From contig NC_090599.1 in the NCBI RefSeq assembly GCF_000497125.1, positions 1,054,001 to 1,118,000 on the forward strand: a DNA stretch of 64,000 bases, in the 5' to 3' direction. The notes under the pieces were generated by a model. That model did no database searches. It saw only the letters and a program-made list of their open reading frames with translations, and was not told the origin of the DNA. Shown piece by piece: positions 39,302-52,931 of this stretch. Numbering within the stretch: the stretch's first letter is position 1; every line of letters starts with the position of its first letter. A program made the position numbers and the translations under genes. Source of the DNA: Spironucleus salmonicida (lineage: Eukaryota).

Positions 39302-39310
39302 GGGAGGCGT

Positions 39311-39517
39311 TCACTCGAGCACGTGCCGCAGCAGCCGCAGCAGCTCCTGGGGCGGGCCCAGCTCCCCCGGGTCGGAGCCCTCCCGCCGCACCTGCCGCAC
39401 CTTGGCGATGATGTCCTGCATGGCGAAGGCGGGCAGGCTCTGCCGCAGGCGCAGCCAGTCGATGGGGCCGCCCACGCACGCCCCCTGCACCGCTAGCAGG
39501 TGCTTGGCCTACCACAC
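39311..39517 (-). pseudogene. 3' fragment of two-repeat Myb gene
   Basis: Second repeat only; in-frame TGA immediately upstream. Confidence 0.7.
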
Positions 39518-39798
39518 TCAGGCATAGCGCTAGAAGCTAGAGCCTATTTCGAAGTATCGCAGCGATTGCCGGCTCCCGTTCGTTAAATAAGCTTGCTGAA
39601 TGTGAAATTATCAGCCCAGCCAATTTTGAATTTTGCATACCTTGCGCTCCAGACCTGCCCCTGCACATTCAGCGCCTACCACCCATCCACAATTTTTCAT
39701 TCTCACTCTGCCGCCACTTCCCCACCCAGTTCATCCTGCATCTTAAACCTCCTAGCTCATCACACACCAATAAACTTTACCAGATATACCATATATTA

Positions 39799-41520
39799 TC
39801 ACTTCGAGATTTTGCTCCAAATGCTGTCGTCGTCTACCTAAGGCTAGATATTCTCCTTTTTCACCTCCAAATCGCCCTAGATCGAACTCTACGCCTTCCG
39901 CTTCCTCGCGACCGCAAATGCTATAGCGCCACCAATGAGCCCTACAAGCAGAACCAACCCAGCAACGATCCCGGCTACTGACCCACCGCTCATTCTCTAT
40001 ACCTGCTGCGCGCAGAGACCGTCGACCATTTCGGCCCCGTCTTGGCATATCTAGCAAACGCTTTAATCTTAGCAGCTTTTGCAGTTCTGCCCGCAGCTTT
40101 CGCACATCCCTTTGCTACTGAAATATCCTTCAGCGCACTAAAGACATGTGCTGGAGTCTGTGCAAGTAGCGCAGCCTTTTTGGCAGCTTGTGCAGGTATT
40201 TCCTGTAGACTTAATTTCGCAAAATAACCCGGCACCGCACTACTTCGACTCTGTGCAAATTTGCTTAGTGCACGTTTACTCATGCAACCTGTACCCATCT
40301 ATGCAGGCGGTGCAGGACTTGATATCGGAGCAGGCGGAGCAGCCCTCAGCGCAGGTCTCGCACGTGCTTATCCAGGGGTAATACAAGCAGAATTTACCAC
40401 TTGGGCAGGGCTTGGCGCTGGAGCACTCGCGTGGCCCCTATTTTTGACAAATATCTTAATCCAGCGTATATCCAACGTCGCACCTCGTGCACTTTGTCGC
40501 ACTTTCGCAGGCCCAACACCCGTCGGAGCAGCTGGTGCATACGCCGTTTTTGTTGAAGTAGAAACCATAGCACTCGGTGCATTGCTTAGACGAAGCGCAG
40601 GTTTAGCAGTGTTCCGCGCAGGACGCGCACTTCCCGTCTTCTGCCACATAGGGTGCAGTGCATTTTATACAATTTCCGGAAATGTCAGCTTCGACGCAGT
40701 TTTTGGATAAGCTGACGCATTTGTTACCAGTAGGATCAATACCGCAGAATTTATTGTCAGTGCATTTATTCACGTTGTTGCATTCGTTCAATATGCATTT
40801 ACCGCTTTGAATGTCGTACCTCTCCTTGCAGAGGCGGCACATACTGTCGGTTTTGCAGTCCATGCAGTTATCACCGCACGAAACGCACATGCCGTTCTTC
40901 AAGAAGTTTCCGTCCTGGCAAGAGATGCAGGAGCCTTCGGCTGTGCATTTGCCGCAGTTACTAGGGCACGACGTGCAATTGCCGTCCTTTAATACAAATG
41001 AATATCTGCATGACGTACAAACTCCCTTATTGCAGGTCTTACAATTTGCTGGACAAGTATTACAAATCTTTCCGTCCAGTTCGAAGCCATCGGAGCAAGC
41101 AGAACAATTATTTGAGTTCGTACATTTAACGCAGCCGGTGCCGCATTTATAGCAGTTAGGGCCACCTTCAGTAAAAAATCCTGTGCGGCAAATATCGCAT
41201 TCATAGTGTTTGCTGCAGGAAATACAGTTATCTATGCACTTATAACAGTAACGTTCTGTAAGTTAATATCCTGAAAGGCAACTAGTGCATTCATAATTGT
41301 TATTACATGTTCGGCATCCGGCTTGGCAAAGCTTGCAAATCCTATCTTAAAGGAAATAGCCCTAATTGCAGGTAGTGCATTGAGATAGTGAATTTGGAAG
41401 ACAGTTGGCACAGTTATAAGTCTTGCAACGAATACACATTTTCTATTGACCACTTGGTGCATAATCTGGGCATACAGTACCGTTGGGGCATCTGTTGTCA
41501 TTGCAGATGTATGATGACAT
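39799..41520 (-). CDS. Cysteine-rich membrane protein (VSP/CRMP-like), 573 aa
   Basis: Dozens of CXXC motifs; TM SGGSVAGIVAGLVLLVGLIGGAIAFAV followed by RKRK; ends AAGTGA. Confidence 0.9.
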
Positions 41521-44514
41521 TTTATGAAGAAGTGGCAACGTGATATTATTATAACTTCAATATAACATAAGTATTTAGTTTCTAGCTGTTTCTTAGTTTC
41601 TGGAAAATGTAGTGTGACTTTATAAATACTAATAATCGATCCATTTAAATATTCTATAACGATAATTAGATAATTAGAAAACAAAATGCTCATTTATTAC
41701 TATAGAGTAGCAATATTTTAGTTTATAATGGGAAACTAATTTATTAGTTTAGACGCAGTGTAGAAGTATTTTTGTTGTCAGTTATAGAACTCAAAATATT
41801 TGCAAAATACAATATAAATATGTTATTTTTTCTAAGATATAAAAATTATATGTGATGAGGTTATTCAATTATATAACAAGATTATCATAAAGAGAATATA
41901 TAGTATGAATTATATATAAATACTAAACAAAATGGAATCTTTAAAATACATCAGCAATTCTAGGATCTACAAGGCCCTCGTGATAATTCAGGATATTATT
42001 TTGCTGCTACCAATACAAAGCATTTACCATATTCCCATAAGCCTAACATCACATCTCATGGTTATTCCTATAAAACAATTAATCGTCAACAATGAGGTTA
42101 TTTGCACTATTTTGTATCCTAATCATTAAGTTGAACTTACCAAAGTAATTTTCAGCTAATATATATTTAGTTATAGACCAAGAAATCATGTAGCTCTCTA
42201 GATTAAATATGTCATAACCGGCATGAAGGTTTCATATTATATTCTTATTGGCATTGTTTGACCAAAATATTAAACCTTGTTATTATATCTTCGCAGTTGC
42301 ATGACTAAACCGAGAAGCATTATTTTAGTATAATCGACACTTTATAAGTTTTAACAAGCAGCAGCTCTTATTTTAAGTACCTTTTACGAAATAATGTCAT
42401 TCATGATATTTTAAATCAGTAGTAGTTTTTCATTAGGATTAGTAGCCTAGCATCATCTATACTATCTAAAAATAAGGTATTATCGGTCTATGCTACCAAC
42501 CTGCCATACTCATACGATTTCCAGATAAGTTTTAACAATTTACATTTACTTGTGTAAAATGCACAAGTATGTATAACAAATTAATAACTTCGATATTCAT
42601 ATTGAACTTTTACCAACAGTCTCATCCCACATGAAGGCACTCTCATAGCGTCTTACTTAGCTCCGGACGACTCCAGGGCTTTCCAATTGTGCGAGCAGCT
42701 TTCCGGCCGACTAGCCAGAGCCCAGGTAGAGCTTGGGCAAAAATGGGTTAAAAAATGAAGTTTGTTAAGATCACCAATTTGTATTGATTTCAATGATCTG
42801 AATTCGGGGGAAAAATTATCTAAATATATATATATTAATATCACTCCATAAGTTTTCCCAAAATTAATGGATCGTTGTTGCAAAAAGGTCAAAACAAGAA
42901 AGTGCGCTTTTCATAACTCGTTTGTATAAATACCTAGATTTTTTTTCGATTCGTCCGGGTTCTATATTAACATATATCTATTTATATAGGAAAAAAACAG
43001 GGTCCCTTCCACAAATACTAAACAGCCAAATTCAAATCTTTTTTGGACCCAAATGCATCCTTCTATTTAATATATAATAGAGGTACTGTGGAAGGGAAAC
43101 CCGTTTTTCACTTTTTATTCAATAATACAAACACAACCTATTCAATATATATATATTATCATAGTAAAATTAAAAAAATCACTTTTTTGTGTAACACTTT
43201 TGGGCCCAGATAATATATTATAACAATGCAGAATCACTATAAGAAAAAAACTCCAAAAGGTTATGTTTAGGAAAGGAAAAACCTATACATCTACAGTTGG
43301 CTAAAAATCCGGAAGTTACCAAACCTATTATAATAGTAAATTATCTATAATCATAAAAATTAAGCGTTTTTTCTGGGCAAACTACATATTATTATATATT
43401 TATATACACTTATTCTAAAACGTTGATTCTAAAAATAGATCAGTTTTGTAGATTTCTAAATAGTTTTTAGCATCACCAAACACTATATTATTCATATATA
43501 ATGCTATTATTACGATTTTAAAAAAGGAATTGAAACTATCATTTAATATTGTAAATATATATTACTTCCTTTTTCTACGAAATTAGTTTTTGTATATAAT
43601 ATATATTTTGAGTGTTTTTATAACTTATTTAAATCATATAATATTTATATATTAAAATGCTGTTTAAAAACAGTTACCTAATATTTATTAATAATATTGT
43701 GATAAATTTACATTATTATTAAGCATATAATAGTATAAGTCTATTTTTATGACAAGAGACAAGAAACCAGCTACTGGTTTAAATTATTTATTATTATAAA
43801 TAGATAATATTTAATTGCCTTGATTTTACTTTTTATACACCACTCTAAATTGTATAGAATTTTTAGAAAGATAATATTGATATAAAATATATAATATTCA
43901 ATATAATATTAAATCAAAGAAATCATATATATAGTTTTTAAATATAATATATACATATATTAAAATATATAAAATCATTATAACAAATAAAATAATTTTC
44001 ATAAAATATATATTATATATATGTTAATAAATATATCTATAGATTTTTATATTTTAAAAAATATCGTAAGGGGGGTACTCATTGATTTTTTAATAAAAAT
44101 ATTTTTTGAAAAAATATTATCAAATTTTCTCAAGAACTGTAAGGTAAAATTAGAATAATTAAATTTATACTAAATATATGTTGATATATTATTATATTCA
44201 TTTTTATCCAAAAAACTGAATTCTATAAAAACGATATTTTTCATGAGTACTATATATGTTAATATACATAGTTTCTCAAATAATGAAAAGGAATTGTAAC
44301 AGAATTATATTAAATATATATTCATAAAATACTAAAAATTGAATAAAAATTGAGTATATTTAAAAAATAATGTTAATATATTCCTAGTATATTAACTTAT
44401 TTTGACGAAAAATCATAGAAAAAATAATATGATTTAAATAATCTATTTCAAATATTGATTTCTTTCCATTTGTGTATCTCACCATACAACTATTTAGCAT
44501 ATAAATAGTAGTAT

Positions 44515-45594
44515 ATGAAGTTTTCTCTTCCAAATTTGATGTTTTCACAATATTTCAGATTTTGCCGGACCCCCGACGAGAAGACGGAGCTGGTGCGCCT
44601 CGTGTGCGACGCGCGCCTGGAGAGCGGCAGCGTGGACTGGGCGCGCCTCCAGGCCCGCTACCAGGGGCGGACCGTGCTGCAGGTCCAGCAGACCTACCAG
44701 AACATGACGCGGAAGGACAGCCTGGGCCGCAGCGTTCCTCACGCGCGCGGAGCAGATCCACGTCGTGGCGCAGAAGTTCCCCCGCGCCCGCGCCTTCGAC
44801 TACCGCCGCCACCTGGTGCCGCTCGCCGAGCTGGAGCGGCTGGGATCCTACCGCGAGGACGCCGGCAACGCGGCCCGGAACCTCAACGTCAGCTCCAACC
44901 TCGCCCCGGAGCACCTGAAGTACTTCCGCGAGGTCTTCTTCGGCGTGCAGCGCGAGGGGCTCGTCGCCCAGACCGAGCGCGCGATCCAGGACTTCGTGCG
45001 GTCCCAGCTGGCGGAGCGCGGCCTGGACCCCGGGCGCTACGACACCGGGGGCTTCGTGCCGGCGCTCGAGGCCTTCCTGGCGGCGTTCCACGACGCGCGG
45101 TCCGTGTTCCGCAACGCCGTCGACCCCTTCATCGCGCCCGCGGAGGCCGAGCAGGACACGCACACCTACAGCGGGCTCGAGCACTCCCAGTCCATGCACC
45201 GGCAGCGCCTCGAGCGGGCGGAGCTGGCGCGGGAGGGCGTGCGCGCCGCGGAGCGCTCCATCGGCGAGGAGCAGCGGGCGCGCTTCCTGCAGCTGCTCCG
45301 GCGCTCCTACTTCGGCCAGCGCCGCATCCCCATGGCCGCGGTGGTCCGGGGCATGCACCAGCTGGGCGTGTCGGGGGCGGAGCGCATCGTGGAGGCGCTG
45401 GTGGCCGCGCACGGGGGCGTGTTCGGCACGGAGGCCGCGAGCCTGGTGGTGCAGTGGCGGCGCTTCGGGGAGGTGGACCAGTGAGGGAGGCGTTCACTCG
45501 AGCACGTGCCGCAGCAGCCGCAGCAGCTCCTGGGGCGGGCCCAGCTCCCCCGGGTCGGAGCCCTCCCGCCGCACCTGCCGCACCTTGGCGATGA
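44515..45594 (+). other. Chimeric ORF (AT-rich start + Myb repeat 1 + out-of-frame body of the 270-aa gene)
   Basis: 44567-44731 matches 32539-32703; junction microhomology GCCGCA. Confidence 0.6.
44726..45484 (+). pseudogene. 5'-truncated copy of the 270-aa gene
   Basis: Lacks the first 18 codons including ATG. Confidence 0.7.
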
Positions 45595-45700
45595 TGTCCT
45601 GCATGGCGAAGGCGGGCAGGCTCTGCCGCAGGCGCAGCCAGTCGATGGGGCCGCCCACGCACGCCCCCTGCACCGCTAGCAGGTGCTTGGCCTACCACAC
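45494..45700 (-). pseudogene. 3' fragment of two-repeat Myb gene
   Basis: Copy of 39311-39517. Confidence 0.7.
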
Positions 45701-45981
45701 TCAGGCATAGCGCTAGAAGCTAGAGCCTATTTCGAAGTATCGCAGCGATTGCCGGCTCCCGTTCGTTAAATAAGCTTGCTGAATGTGAAATTATCAGCCC
45801 AGCCAATTTTGAATTTTGCATACCTTGCGCTCCAGACCTGCCCCTGCACATTCAGCGCCTACCACCCATCCACAATTTTTCATTCTCACTCTGCCGCCAC
45901 TTCCCCACCCAGTTCATCCTGCATCTTAAACCTCCTAGCTCATCACACACCAATAAACTTTACCAGATATACCATATATTA

Positions 45982-47703
45982 TCACTTCGAGATTTTGCTC
46001 CAAATGCTGTCGTCGTCTACCTAAGGCTAGATATTCTCCTTTTTCACCTCCAAATCGCCCTAGATCGAACTCTACGCCTTCCGCTTCCTCGCGACCGCAA
46101 ATGCTATAGCGCCACCAATGAGCCCTACAAGCAGAACCAACCCAGCAACGATCCCGGCTACTGACCCACCGCTCATTCTCTATACCTGCTGCGCGCAGAG
46201 ACCGTCGACCATTTCGGCCCCGTCTTGGCATATCTAGCAAACGCTTTAATCTTAGCAGCTTTTGCAGTTCTGCCCGCAGCTTTCGCACATCCCTTTGCTA
46301 CTGAAATATCCTTCAGCGCACTAAAGACATGTGCTGGAGTCTGTGCAAGTAGCGCAGCCTTTTTGGCAGCTTGTGCAGGTATTTCCTGTAGACTTAATTT
46401 CGCAAAATAACCCGGCACCGCACTACTTCGACTCTGTGCAAATTTGCTTAGTGCACGTTTACTCATGCAACCTGTACCCATCTATGCAGGCGGTGCAGGA
46501 CTTGATATCGGAGCAGGCGGAGCAGCCCTCAGCGCAGGTCTCGCACGTGCTTATCCAGGGGTAATACAAGCAGAATTTACCACTTGGGCAGGGCTTGGCG
46601 CTGGAGCACTCGCGTGGCCCCTATTTTTGACAAATATCTTAATCCAGCGTATATCCAACGTCGCACCTCGTGCACTTTGTCGCACTTTCGCAGGCCCAAC
46701 ACCCGTCGGAGCAGCTGGTGCATACGCCGTTTTTGTTGAAGTAGAAACCATAGCACTCGGTGCATTGCTTAGACGAAGCGCAGGTTTAGCAGTGTTCCGC
46801 GCAGGACGCGCACTTCCCGTCTTCTGCCACATAGGGTGCAGTGCATTTTATACAATTTCCGGAAATGTCAGCTTCGACGCAGTTTTTGGATAAGCTGACG
46901 CATTTGTTACCAGTAGGATCAATACCGCAGAATTTATTGTCAGTGCATTTATTCACGTTGTTGCATTCGTTCAATATGCATTTACCGCTTTGAATGTCGT
47001 ACCTCTCCTTGCAGAGGCGGCACATACTGTCGGTTTTGCAGTCCATGCAGTTATCACCGCACGAAACGCACATGCCGTTCTTCAAGAAGTTTCCGTCCTG
47101 GCAAGAGATGCAGGAGCCTTCGGCTGTGCATTTGCCGCAGTTACTAGGGCACGACGTGCAATTGCCGTCCTTTAATACAAATGAATATCTGCATGACGTA
47201 CAAACTCCCTTATTGCAGGTCTTACAATTTGCTGGACAAGTATTACAAATCTTTCCGTCCAGTTCGAAGCCATCGGAGCAAGCAGAACAATTATTTGAGT
47301 TCGTACATTTAACGCAGCCGGTGCCGCATTTATAGCAGTTAGGGCCACCTTCAGTAAAAAATCCTGTGCGGCAAATATCGCATTCATAGTGTTTGCTGCA
47401 GGAAATACAGTTATCTATGCACTTATAACAGTAACGTTCTGTAAGTTAATATCCTGAAAGGCAACTAGTGCATTCATAATTGTTATTACATGTTCGGCAT
47501 CCGGCTTGGCAAAGCTTGCAAATCCTATCTTAAAGGAAATAGCCCTAATTGCAGGTAGTGCATTGAGATAGTGAATTTGGAAGACAGTTGGCACAGTTAT
47601 AAGTCTTGCAACGAATACACATTTTCTATTGACCACTTGGTGCATAATCTGGGCATACAGTACCGTTGGGGCATCTGTTGTCATTGCAGATGTATGATGA
47701 CAT
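45982..47703 (-). CDS. Second copy of cysteine-rich membrane protein
   Basis: Copy of 39799-41520 at offset 6183. Confidence 0.9.
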
Positions 47704-50697
47704 TTTATGAAGAAGTGGCAACGTGATATTATTATAACTTCAATATAACATAAGTATTTAGTTTCTAGCTGTTTCTTAGTTTCTGGAAAATGTAGTGTGA
47801 CTTTATAAATACTAATAATCGATCCATTTAAATATTCTATAACGATAATTAGATAATTAGAAAACAAAATGCTCATTTATTACTATAGAGTAGCAATATT
47901 TTAGTTTATAATGGGAAACTAATTTATTAGTTTAGACGCAGTGTAGAAGTATTTTTGTTGTCAGTTATAGAACTCAAAATATTTGCAAAATACAATATAA
48001 ATATGTTATTTTTTCTAAGATATAAAAATTATATGTGATGAGGTTATTCAATTATATAACAAGATTATCATAAAGAGAATATATAGTATGAATTATATAT
48101 AAATACTAAACAAAATGGAATCTTTAAAATACATCAGCAATTCTAGGATCTACAAGGCCCTCGTGATAATTCAGGATATTATTTTGCTGCTACCAATACA
48201 AAGCATTTACCATATTCCCATAAGCCTAACATCACATCTCATGGTTATTCCTATAAAACAATTAATCGTCAACAATGAGGTTATTTGCACTATTTTGTAT
48301 CCTAATCATTAAGTTGAACTTACCAAAGTAATTTTCAGCTAATATATATTTAGTTATAGACCAAGAAATCATGTAGCTCTCTAGATTAAATATGTCATAA
48401 CCGGCATGAAGGTTTCATATTATATTCTTATTGGCATTGTTTGACCAAAATATTAAACCTTGTTATTATATCTTCGCAGTTGCATGACTAAACCGAGAAG
48501 CATTATTTTAGTATAATCGACACTTTATAAGTTTTAACAAGCAGCAGCTCTTATTTTAAGTACCTTTTACGAAATAATGTCATTCATGATATTTTAAATC
48601 AGTAGTAGTTTTTCATTAGGATTAGTAGCCTAGCATCATCTATACTATCTAAAAATAAGGTATTATCGGTCTATGCTACCAACCTGCCATACTCATACGA
48701 TTTCCAGATAAGTTTTAACAATTTACATTTACTTGTGTAAAATGCACAAGTATGTATAACAAATTAATAACTTCGATATTCATATTGAACTTTTACCAAC
48801 AGTCTCATCCCACATGAAGGCACTCTCATAGCGTCTTACTTAGCTCCGGACGACTCCAGGGCTTTCCAATTGTGCGAGCAGCTTTCCGGCCGACTAGCCA
48901 GAGCCCAGGTAGAGCTTGGGCAAAAATGGGTTAAAAAATGAAGTTTGTTAAGATCACCAATTTGTATTGATTTCAATGATCTGAATTCGGGGGAAAAATT
49001 ATCTAAATATATATATATTAATATCACTCCATAAGTTTTCCCAAAATTAATGGATCGTTGTTGCAAAAAGGTCAAAACAAGAAAGTGCGCTTTTCATAAC
49101 TCGTTTGTATAAATACCTAGATTTTTTTTCGATTCGTCCGGGTTCTATATTAACATATATCTATTTATATAGGAAAAAAACAGGGTCCCTTCCACAAATA
49201 CTAAACAGCCAAATTCAAATCTTTTTTGGACCCAAATGCATCCTTCTATTTAATATATAATAGAGGTACTGTGGAAGGGAAACCCGTTTTTCACTTTTTA
49301 TTCAATAATACAAACACAACCTATTCAATATATATATATTATCATAGTAAAATTAAAAAAATCACTTTTTTGTGTAACACTTTTGGGCCCAGATAATATA
49401 TTATAACAATGCAGAATCACTATAAGAAAAAAACTCCAAAAGGTTATGTTTAGGAAAGGAAAAACCTATACATCTACAGTTGGCTAAAAATCCGGAAGTT
49501 ACCAAACCTATTATAATAGTAAATTATCTATAATCATAAAAATTAAGCGTTTTTTCTGGGCAAACTACATATTATTATATATTTATATACACTTATTCTA
49601 AAACGTTGATTCTAAAAATAGATCAGTTTTGTAGATTTCTAAATAGTTTTTAGCATCACCAAACACTATATTATTCATATATAATGCTATTATTACGATT
49701 TTAAAAAAGGAATTGAAACTATCATTTAATATTGTAAATATATATTACTTCCTTTTTCTACGAAATTAGTTTTTGTATATAATATATATTTTGAGTGTTT
49801 TTATAACTTATTTAAATCATATAATATTTATATATTAAAATGCTGTTTAAAAACAGTTACCTAATATTTATTAATAATATTGTGATAAATTTACATTATT
49901 ATTAAGCATATAATAGTATAAGTCTATTTTTATGACAAGAGACAAGAAACCAGCTACTGGTTTAAATTATTTATTATTATAAATAGATAATATTTAATTG
50001 CCTTGATTTTACTTTTTATACACCACTCTAAATTGTATAGAATTTTTAGAAAGATAATATTGATATAAAATATATAATATTCAATATAATATTAAATCAA
50101 AGAAATCATATATATAGTTTTTAAATATAATATATACATATATTAAAATATATAAAATCATTATAACAAATAAAATAATTTTCATAAAATATATATTATA
50201 TATATGTTAATAAATATATCTATAGATTTTTATATTTTAAAAAATATCGTAAGGGGGGTACTCATTGATTTTTTAATAAAAATATTTTTTGAAAAAATAT
50301 TATCAAATTTTCTCAAGAACTGTAAGGTAAAATTAGAATAATTAAATTTATACTAAATATATGTTGATATATTATTATATTCATTTTTATCCAAAAAACT
50401 GAATTCTATAAAAACGATATTTTTCATGAGTACTATATATGTTAATATACATAGTTTCTCAAATAATGAAAAGGAATTGTAACAGAATTATATTAAATAT
50501 ATATTCATAAAATACTAAAAATTGAATAAAAATTGAGTATATTTAAAAAATAATGTTAATATATTCCTAGTATATTAACTTATTTTGACGAAAAATCATA
50601 GAAAAAATAATATGATTTAAATAATCTATTTCAAATATTGATTTCTTTCCATTTGTGTATCTCACCATACAACTATTTAGCATATAAATAGTAGTAT

Positions 50698-51777
50698 ATG
50701 AAGTTTTCTCTTCCAAATTTGATGTTTTCACAATATTTCAGATTTTGCCGGACCCCCGACGAGAAGACGGAGCTGGTGCGCCTCGTGTGCGACGCGCGCC
50801 TGGAGAGCGGCAGCGTGGACTGGGCGCGCCTCCAGGCCCGCTACCAGGGGCGGACCGTGCTGCAGGTCCAGCAGACCTACCAGAACATGACGCGGAAGGA
50901 CAGCCTGGGCCGCAGCGTTCCTCACGCGCGCGGAGCAGATCCACGTCGTGGCGCAGAAGTTCCCCCGCGCCCGCGCCTTCGACTACCGCCGCCACCTGGT
51001 GCCGCTCGCCGAGCTGGAGCGGCTGGGATCCTACCGCGAGGACGCCGGCAACGCGGCCCGGAACCTCAACGTCAGCTCCAACCTCGCCCCGGAGCACCTG
51101 AAGTACTTCCGCGAGGTCTTCTTCGGCGTGCAGCGCGAGGGGCTCGTCGCCCAGACCGAGCGCGCGATCCAGGACTTCGTGCGGTCCCAGCTGGCGGAGC
51201 GCGGCCTGGACCCCGGGCGCTACGACACCGGGGGCTTCGTGCCGGCGCTCGAGGCCTTCCTGGCGGCGTTCCACGACGCGCGGTCCGTGTTCCGCAACGC
51301 CGTCGACCCCTTCATCGCGCCCGCGGAGGCCGAGCAGGACACGCACACCTACAGCGGGCTCGAGCACTCCCAGTCCATGCACCGGCAGCGCCTCGAGCGG
51401 GCGGAGCTGGCGCGGGAGGGCGTGCGCGCCGCGGAGCGCTCCATCGGCGAGGAGCAGCGGGCGCGCTTCCTGCAGCTGCTCCGGCGCTCCTACTTCGGCC
51501 AGCGCCGCATCCCCATGGCCGCGGTGGTCCGGGGCATGCACCAGCTGGGCGTGTCGGGGGCGGAGCGCATCGTGGAGGCGCTGGTGGCCGCGCACGGGGG
51601 CGTGTTCGGCACGGAGGCCGCGAGCCTGGTGGTGCAGTGGCGGCGCTTCGGGGAGGTGGACCAGTGAGGGAGGCGTTCACTCGAGCACGTGCCGCAGCAG
51701 CCGCAGCAGCTCCTGGGGCGGGCCCAGCTCCCCCGGGTCGGAGCCCTCCCGCCGCACCTGCCGCACCTTGGCGATGA
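50698..51777 (+). other. Second copy of chimeric ORF
   Basis: Same translation as 44515-45594. Confidence 0.6.
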
Positions 51778-52634
51778 TGTCCTGCATGGCGAAGGCGGGC
51801 AGGCTCTGCCGCAGGCGCAGCCAGTCGATGGGGCCGCCCACGCACGCCCCCTGCACCGCCAGCAGGTGCTTGGCCTTCCACACGCGGCACGTGCGGCCCA
51901 GGCTGTCCTTCCGCGTCATGTTCTGGTAGGTCTGCTGGACCTGCAGCACGGTCCGCCCCGGGTAGCGGGCCTGGAGGCGCGCCCAGTCCACGCTGCCGCT
52001 CTCCAGGCGCGCATCGCACACGAGGCGCACCAGCTCCGTCTTCTCGTCGGGGGTCCACTAGCTCATTCCTGGCGCGGCGGGTATTCGGCCGAATGCGGGA
52101 TGTCCCCCAGCCGTAGAAAGGGCCTGCCGATATCGGGGGGTATTCGCGCAGCGGACCTCTTTCGGAAAGTTGGTACTCTGCCAACGGGCCCCCGCCCGAC
52201 ACATTCCTCCCTTCCGCGCATGGAGTGTGGAAGGTGGCGGCGTGCGGCGGGCTGGGCCGTGCGAAGCCGCCCGCTCAGACTGCACCGGGGGGCAGCCGCA
52301 CCGGGGAGCTCAGGCCCGCGCGCCGGGACGCCAGGAACTGCCGGCTCTTGCACACGGCCGCGGGGTGCCGCCGTGGGGGCGAGAGCGGGGATCGGAGGGG
52401 CGAGGCAGGGCGCAGCGGGACGGGAGCGGTCTCGGGCCGGGACGCGAAGAGGTTCACGTACCGCGGGAGCTGCTGCTTCGGGACCTCCGGCGGCACCTCG
52501 AACACGTAGCGCCGCTTGTAGGTGGAGAAGTCCGCGCGGCCCTCCTGGCGCGGTGGCGGCGGGGTCTTCTGGACGTAGGCGCCCGCCTGGCAGCCGCGCT
52601 CCAGCCGGTACACGTACTCGAACTGCAGCTGCGA
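50909..52634. repeat. Inverted repeat IR4 right arm
   Basis: Reverse complement of 31961-33686. Confidence 0.9.
51677..52066 (-). CDS. Two-repeat Myb-like protein (copy 2)
   Basis: Inverted copy of 32529-32918. Confidence 0.8.
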
Positions 52635-52931
52635 TGTTGGTTATGTCTTTTATTCTTTAGGCTAAACATTTTATTGCTTCTATTTGTTAATGCAACATAA
52701 CACTACATCATGCGCTAACTCGTATATAAGAGGTCTAACTACTGTTATAGCATGGTTGTAATTATTTGTAGCTTATTGTGATTATAATTTTATTTCATTA
52801 TCAATAACCTACAACAACATAATTAATTCTGATCTAGAAGTTATCATCATACTATTATTGGTTTTGTTGAAGCATTTTTATTATGTCGAGATCAATGATG
52901 CAAACTTGGGTTAAGAAAAAAATCTATTCAT
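52275..52931 (-). CDS. Hypothetical protein, 218 aa (AT-rich 5' half, GC-rich 3' half)
   Basis: Continuous code-6 frame MNRFFSQPKF...QKTQPTSQLQFEYVYRLERG...LPPGAV*. Confidence 0.7.

Larger units (their letters stand above)
38045..39517. repeat. Inverted repeat IR3 right arm
   Basis: Reverse complement of 32712-34184. Confidence 0.9.
38543..51859. repeat. Tandem duplication, unit 6183 bp, ~2.15 units
   Basis: All ORFs recur at offset 6183. Confidence 0.95.

Noticed and set aside
41232-41693. 153-aa ORF as the CRMP N-terminus
   Set aside because: Different frame from the CXXC frame; the ATG at 41520 has its own upstream motif
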